A DNA stretch of 64,000 nt, from NCBI GenBank assembly GCA_030295235.1, contig AP026156.1, positions 124,001 to 188,000 on the forward strand, written 5' to 3'. How positions within the stretch are numbered: the first letter of the stretch is position 1; the number at the start of each line of letters is the position of its first letter. Positions 61,382 through 64,000 of the stretch are shown piece by piece. This DNA is from Fistulifera solaris (lineage: Eukaryota). Both the position numbers and the translations under genes were made by a program. The notes beneath the pieces were generated by a model that saw nothing but the letters and a program-made list of their open reading frames with translations, was not told the origin of the DNA and did not search any database.

Positions 61382-62176
61382 TTATAAATCCATTACCATC
61401 CAATCATTCAAAAGAAAATCGTCAAATACTTCTCGAATGTTGACCGAAGCGAGTGCACGATCAAGGTGGTCTTCCAAGACGGGAAATTTGGGCGGAGCCG
61501 CCAGAGGTTCGGGACGCACTCGACAATCGCCGCTGCGAATCAATACGTTTGCGGCAGTAATTGGGTGTGTTTCATAGTCTGGCAGTTTCATCGAAATTTC
61601 TTCCATCATGCCATTCTGCAGAGAAGACTGCGAGCCTGACGAAACCATAGAAAGCGATGTCGATTGTGTTGTGGCAGGAACGGTTTGATCGCACGATAAG
61701 GCTCGAGCCTTGGAGAATTCGTGGGGACTCACCCAACTCATACCCCAAAAGTCGGGCTCTTCGTCGGGATTCGATTTCCCCCGTACCAAAGTACCTTTGA
61801 CTTTAATTCGAACAATATTCGGCGCCAACCAGGTCATGCCCCGCAAAAAGCATTCGTGATAGTATGCTCCTCGATCGACTCCTTTGGTAATGCGACAGAA
61901 GCCATAGATGTTCAACTGGCGCTGGAAGGAAGCAATCTTGGTCAATTTGAAGTACTGTGGCAATATCTTTTCAAATTCTTTGGCGTCGTGTACCACAAAG
62001 CACCGACCATGTGGTTGCCACGACACGACATGAGAAAGGCCTTGTTGCTCGACGTCGTCGAGGGTCGCGTGAAGCTTGTAGATGAAGGTGTGTCCTTGCG
62101 CATCGGAAGTCGCGCGATCCGGAGGAATCGCATTCGCGTGATCTTGATAATGGTGATGAATGATTCGTTTGGTCAT
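61382..62176 (-). CDS. Heat shock factor (HSF DNA-binding domain)
   Basis: 'FIYKLH...VVSWQPHGRCFVVH...YFKLTKIASFQRQLNIYGF...GAYYHECFLRG'. Confidence 0.92.
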   Translation of the reverse strand: MTKRIIHHHYQDHANAIPPDRATSDAQGHTFIYKLHATLDDVEQQGLSHVVSWQPHGRCFVVHDAKEFEKILPQYFKLTKIASFQRQLNIYGFCRITKGVDRGAYYHECFLRGMTWLAPNIVRIKVKGTLVRGKSNPDEEPDFWGMSWVSPHEFSKARALSCDQTVPATTQSTSLSMVSSGSQSSLQNGMMEEISMKLPDYETHPITAANVLIRSGDCRVRPEPLAAPPKFPVLEDHLDRALASVNIREVFDDFLLNDWMVMDL

Positions 62177-63292
62177 GCTGGAATGATTGAAAAGACAGAA
62201 AGAGTGATGTCGATGTTGTCAAACACAATTCGACAAATGAATCTTTTGAGACAAAAAGAGCGTCGAGCGACGAAACGGCATGTTCCAAGATGATTTCGGA
62301 GTATCTTCGCCATCTGCAAGTTCTAAACTACAGTGTACTTCAAGAACAATGGTACAGCAGGGAACAAAGAATTGCCGATGATATTCTTTGAAAGCGAATA
62401 GGCCTTAGGAAACTTACAGTAACAAAATTCTTTGCACCTTCTGTTCCTTGGAACAGCAAAACATGGTTCCTTATTAAATGCTGACGTAACATGGGGCTAT
62501 TGGATACTACTGTTAGTGAAACTTAGGTCAACAGATCAGTAAGCTTGCCATCTGCCAATCAGATTTCGTCGTAGGTCAGAATTCGTATTTCGTACCAAAG
62601 TGCTGCTACGTGCTAGAGAGGTGCAATATTATTTGCAAAAGTTTGCCTCTTGCATTTATGCAAGCAAGCAAGCAAGTAGGCTCCATGGCTCCATTCTGCT
62701 TTTTCTTCCTTATAGTTCACAGTTCACAGTTCACGCACAAGCTTCAAGCCATCTGGCGTCTCGCTTAGCGCTACATAGACAAACTAGACTAGACAGATTC
62801 ATTTCGTACTATTTCCGTGTCCATGGCTACATCTTGATCTTGGCTCTTTCCTCATAACTTCGACGGTAACACTTCGCATTTGAAACGCAGAATTTCTTCC
62901 TGGTGACTTGGAACTTTGTTATGGAATGACGGCATTTTTGGCCCCTCAAAGCTCAAAGCTCAAAGCCTTTTTATCTTGTCTCTAGTCTAGAGTTTCTAGT
63001 CTAGCCACAGCAGGAGGGAGGAGGGCTAAAACTAGTAAAGGCCTATAGCGATCATTGCCGGCGAGAACAGGCGTTTGACTCTGAATTACTCCGTCTCATT
63101 ACTTGTTCAACTTCACTCGGAGGGCCACGAACGCAAAGTTTTTTCCTTTTAATAAATGAAACAAAACACGTAGACTTGTTGATAATTAGAGCGTGAAAAG
63201 ACTGGCCAGAGCTTCTCTAGACTATCTAAGTAGAAAAATAACTAGGAAAATATAGACGAGAATAACACCTAACTATTTCATTTCTTGTTTAG

Positions 63293-64000
63293 TTAGAATG
63301 GAATCATGGTCTCTTCGTCAATATCCGGGTTGTCGAGTTTATCCATGGCCGACTTGATCATTTGACTATCCTTCGGATCCAAATCCATCGCCGCCAAGAA
63401 ACATTTCATGGCATCGTCCAATCGACCCAACCGTTTGTATACTTTTCCCAGACAAAAGTGCACCGTCGCTTCGCGGGGAGCCGCGTCCCGGACCTTTTCC
63501 AATTCGAGGGCGGCTTCTTGGGGCCGATGCAAGGCACTGTAAATCGTAGCGCGCTGAAAACGCGCCTGTGGATTCCCCGGATCCAGTCGACTCGCTTCCG
63601 CCAGCGTTTCCAGCGCCTGATACGCTTTGCCGTTGGCGTGTTGCGAAATGCCCCAATTGCACCGCAAGATACTGCTGGTCGGGTGTATTTGGCACGCTCG
63701 TTCAAAGTGATATTCGGCCAAATCGTACTTTTCTTGTCGATGATAGATGCAACCCAGTCCATACCAGGCATTGTAATGCCGTTCGTTGGTGCGAATCGCT
63801 TGACGGAAACACGCCATGGCGGGTTCAAAATCTTCATTGGCCATGTATTCGTAGCCACAAAGGGTGTGCGTGTAGGTGAAATCCGGATCCAGTTGCAACG
63901 AACGCTTAAAAAACGATAAAGCCGCCTCGTGGTCCTTTTGCAACGAAAAGCAATTCCCCACCACACACCAGGCTTGCGGGGATCGCTTGTCCCATGCCAC
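63293..64000 (-). CDS. CDC27: Anaphase-promoting complex subunit CDC27/APC3 (3' part; runs off the window)
   Basis: 'SPQAWCVVGNCFSLQKDH', 'YTHTLCGYE', 'RHYNAWYGLG', 'PREATVHF' TPRs. Confidence 0.93.
   Translation of the reverse strand: MAWDKRSPQAWCVVGNCFSLQKDHEAALSFFKRSLQLDPDFTYTHTLCGYEYMANEDFEPAMACFRQAIRTNERHYNAWYGLGCIYHRQEKYDLAEYHFERACQIHPTSSILRCNWGISQHANGKAYQALETLAEASRLDPGNPQARFQRATIYSALHRPQEAALELEKVRDAAPREATVHFCLGKVYKRLGRLDDAMKCFLAAMDLDPKDSQMIKSAMDKLDNPDIDEETMIPF

Noticed and set aside
15161..64000. A cell-cycle gene cluster (ROD, CXC, RNR2, PP5, CDC27)
   Set aside because: The genes are spread over ~50 kb among unrelated housekeeping genes, consistent with chance in a gene-dense genome.
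1..64000. Numerous antisense/nested ORFs in the ORF track (e.g. 51322-52155 -, 61721-62293 +, 63362-63919 +)
   Set aside because: They are shadow ORFs of real genes with no motifs of their own.

Overview
Gene-dense eukaryotic nuclear DNA, almost certainly from a diatom (inferred: a raphid pennate, Fistulifera-like). The evidence is short GT-AG introns of about 60-200 bp, bipartite signal+'ASAFAP'-type plastid presequences, a DUF6824 protein and an HSF. About 40 protein-coding genes are supported. Recognisable ones include ROD/KNTC1, a LIN54-like CXC factor, MARCH6/Doa10, RPAC2, PHPT1, HACD, VAMP7, SHMT, NOT2, a GDP-fucose transporter, GluRS, an RNR small subunit, PP5, RPS16, HSF and partial CDC27. 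I saw no rRNA, tRNA, CRISPR array or intact transposon. About 17-18 single-base indels, mostly at homopolymer runs, break otherwise intact genes (most likely assembly error). The most interesting leads are: an RNR R2 subunit with a plastid/periplastid-type presequence, followed by a multi-hairpin (cUUCGg) element; a ligand-less Rieske-fold plastid protein; a Rab-like pseudo-GTPase; an RXL/SMSM type-I membrane protein that is a frustule/SDV candidate; and a perfect 32-bp palindrome in a micro-duplication-rich intergenic tract. I found no clear multi-gene novel system. All calls are by eye, without database searches.
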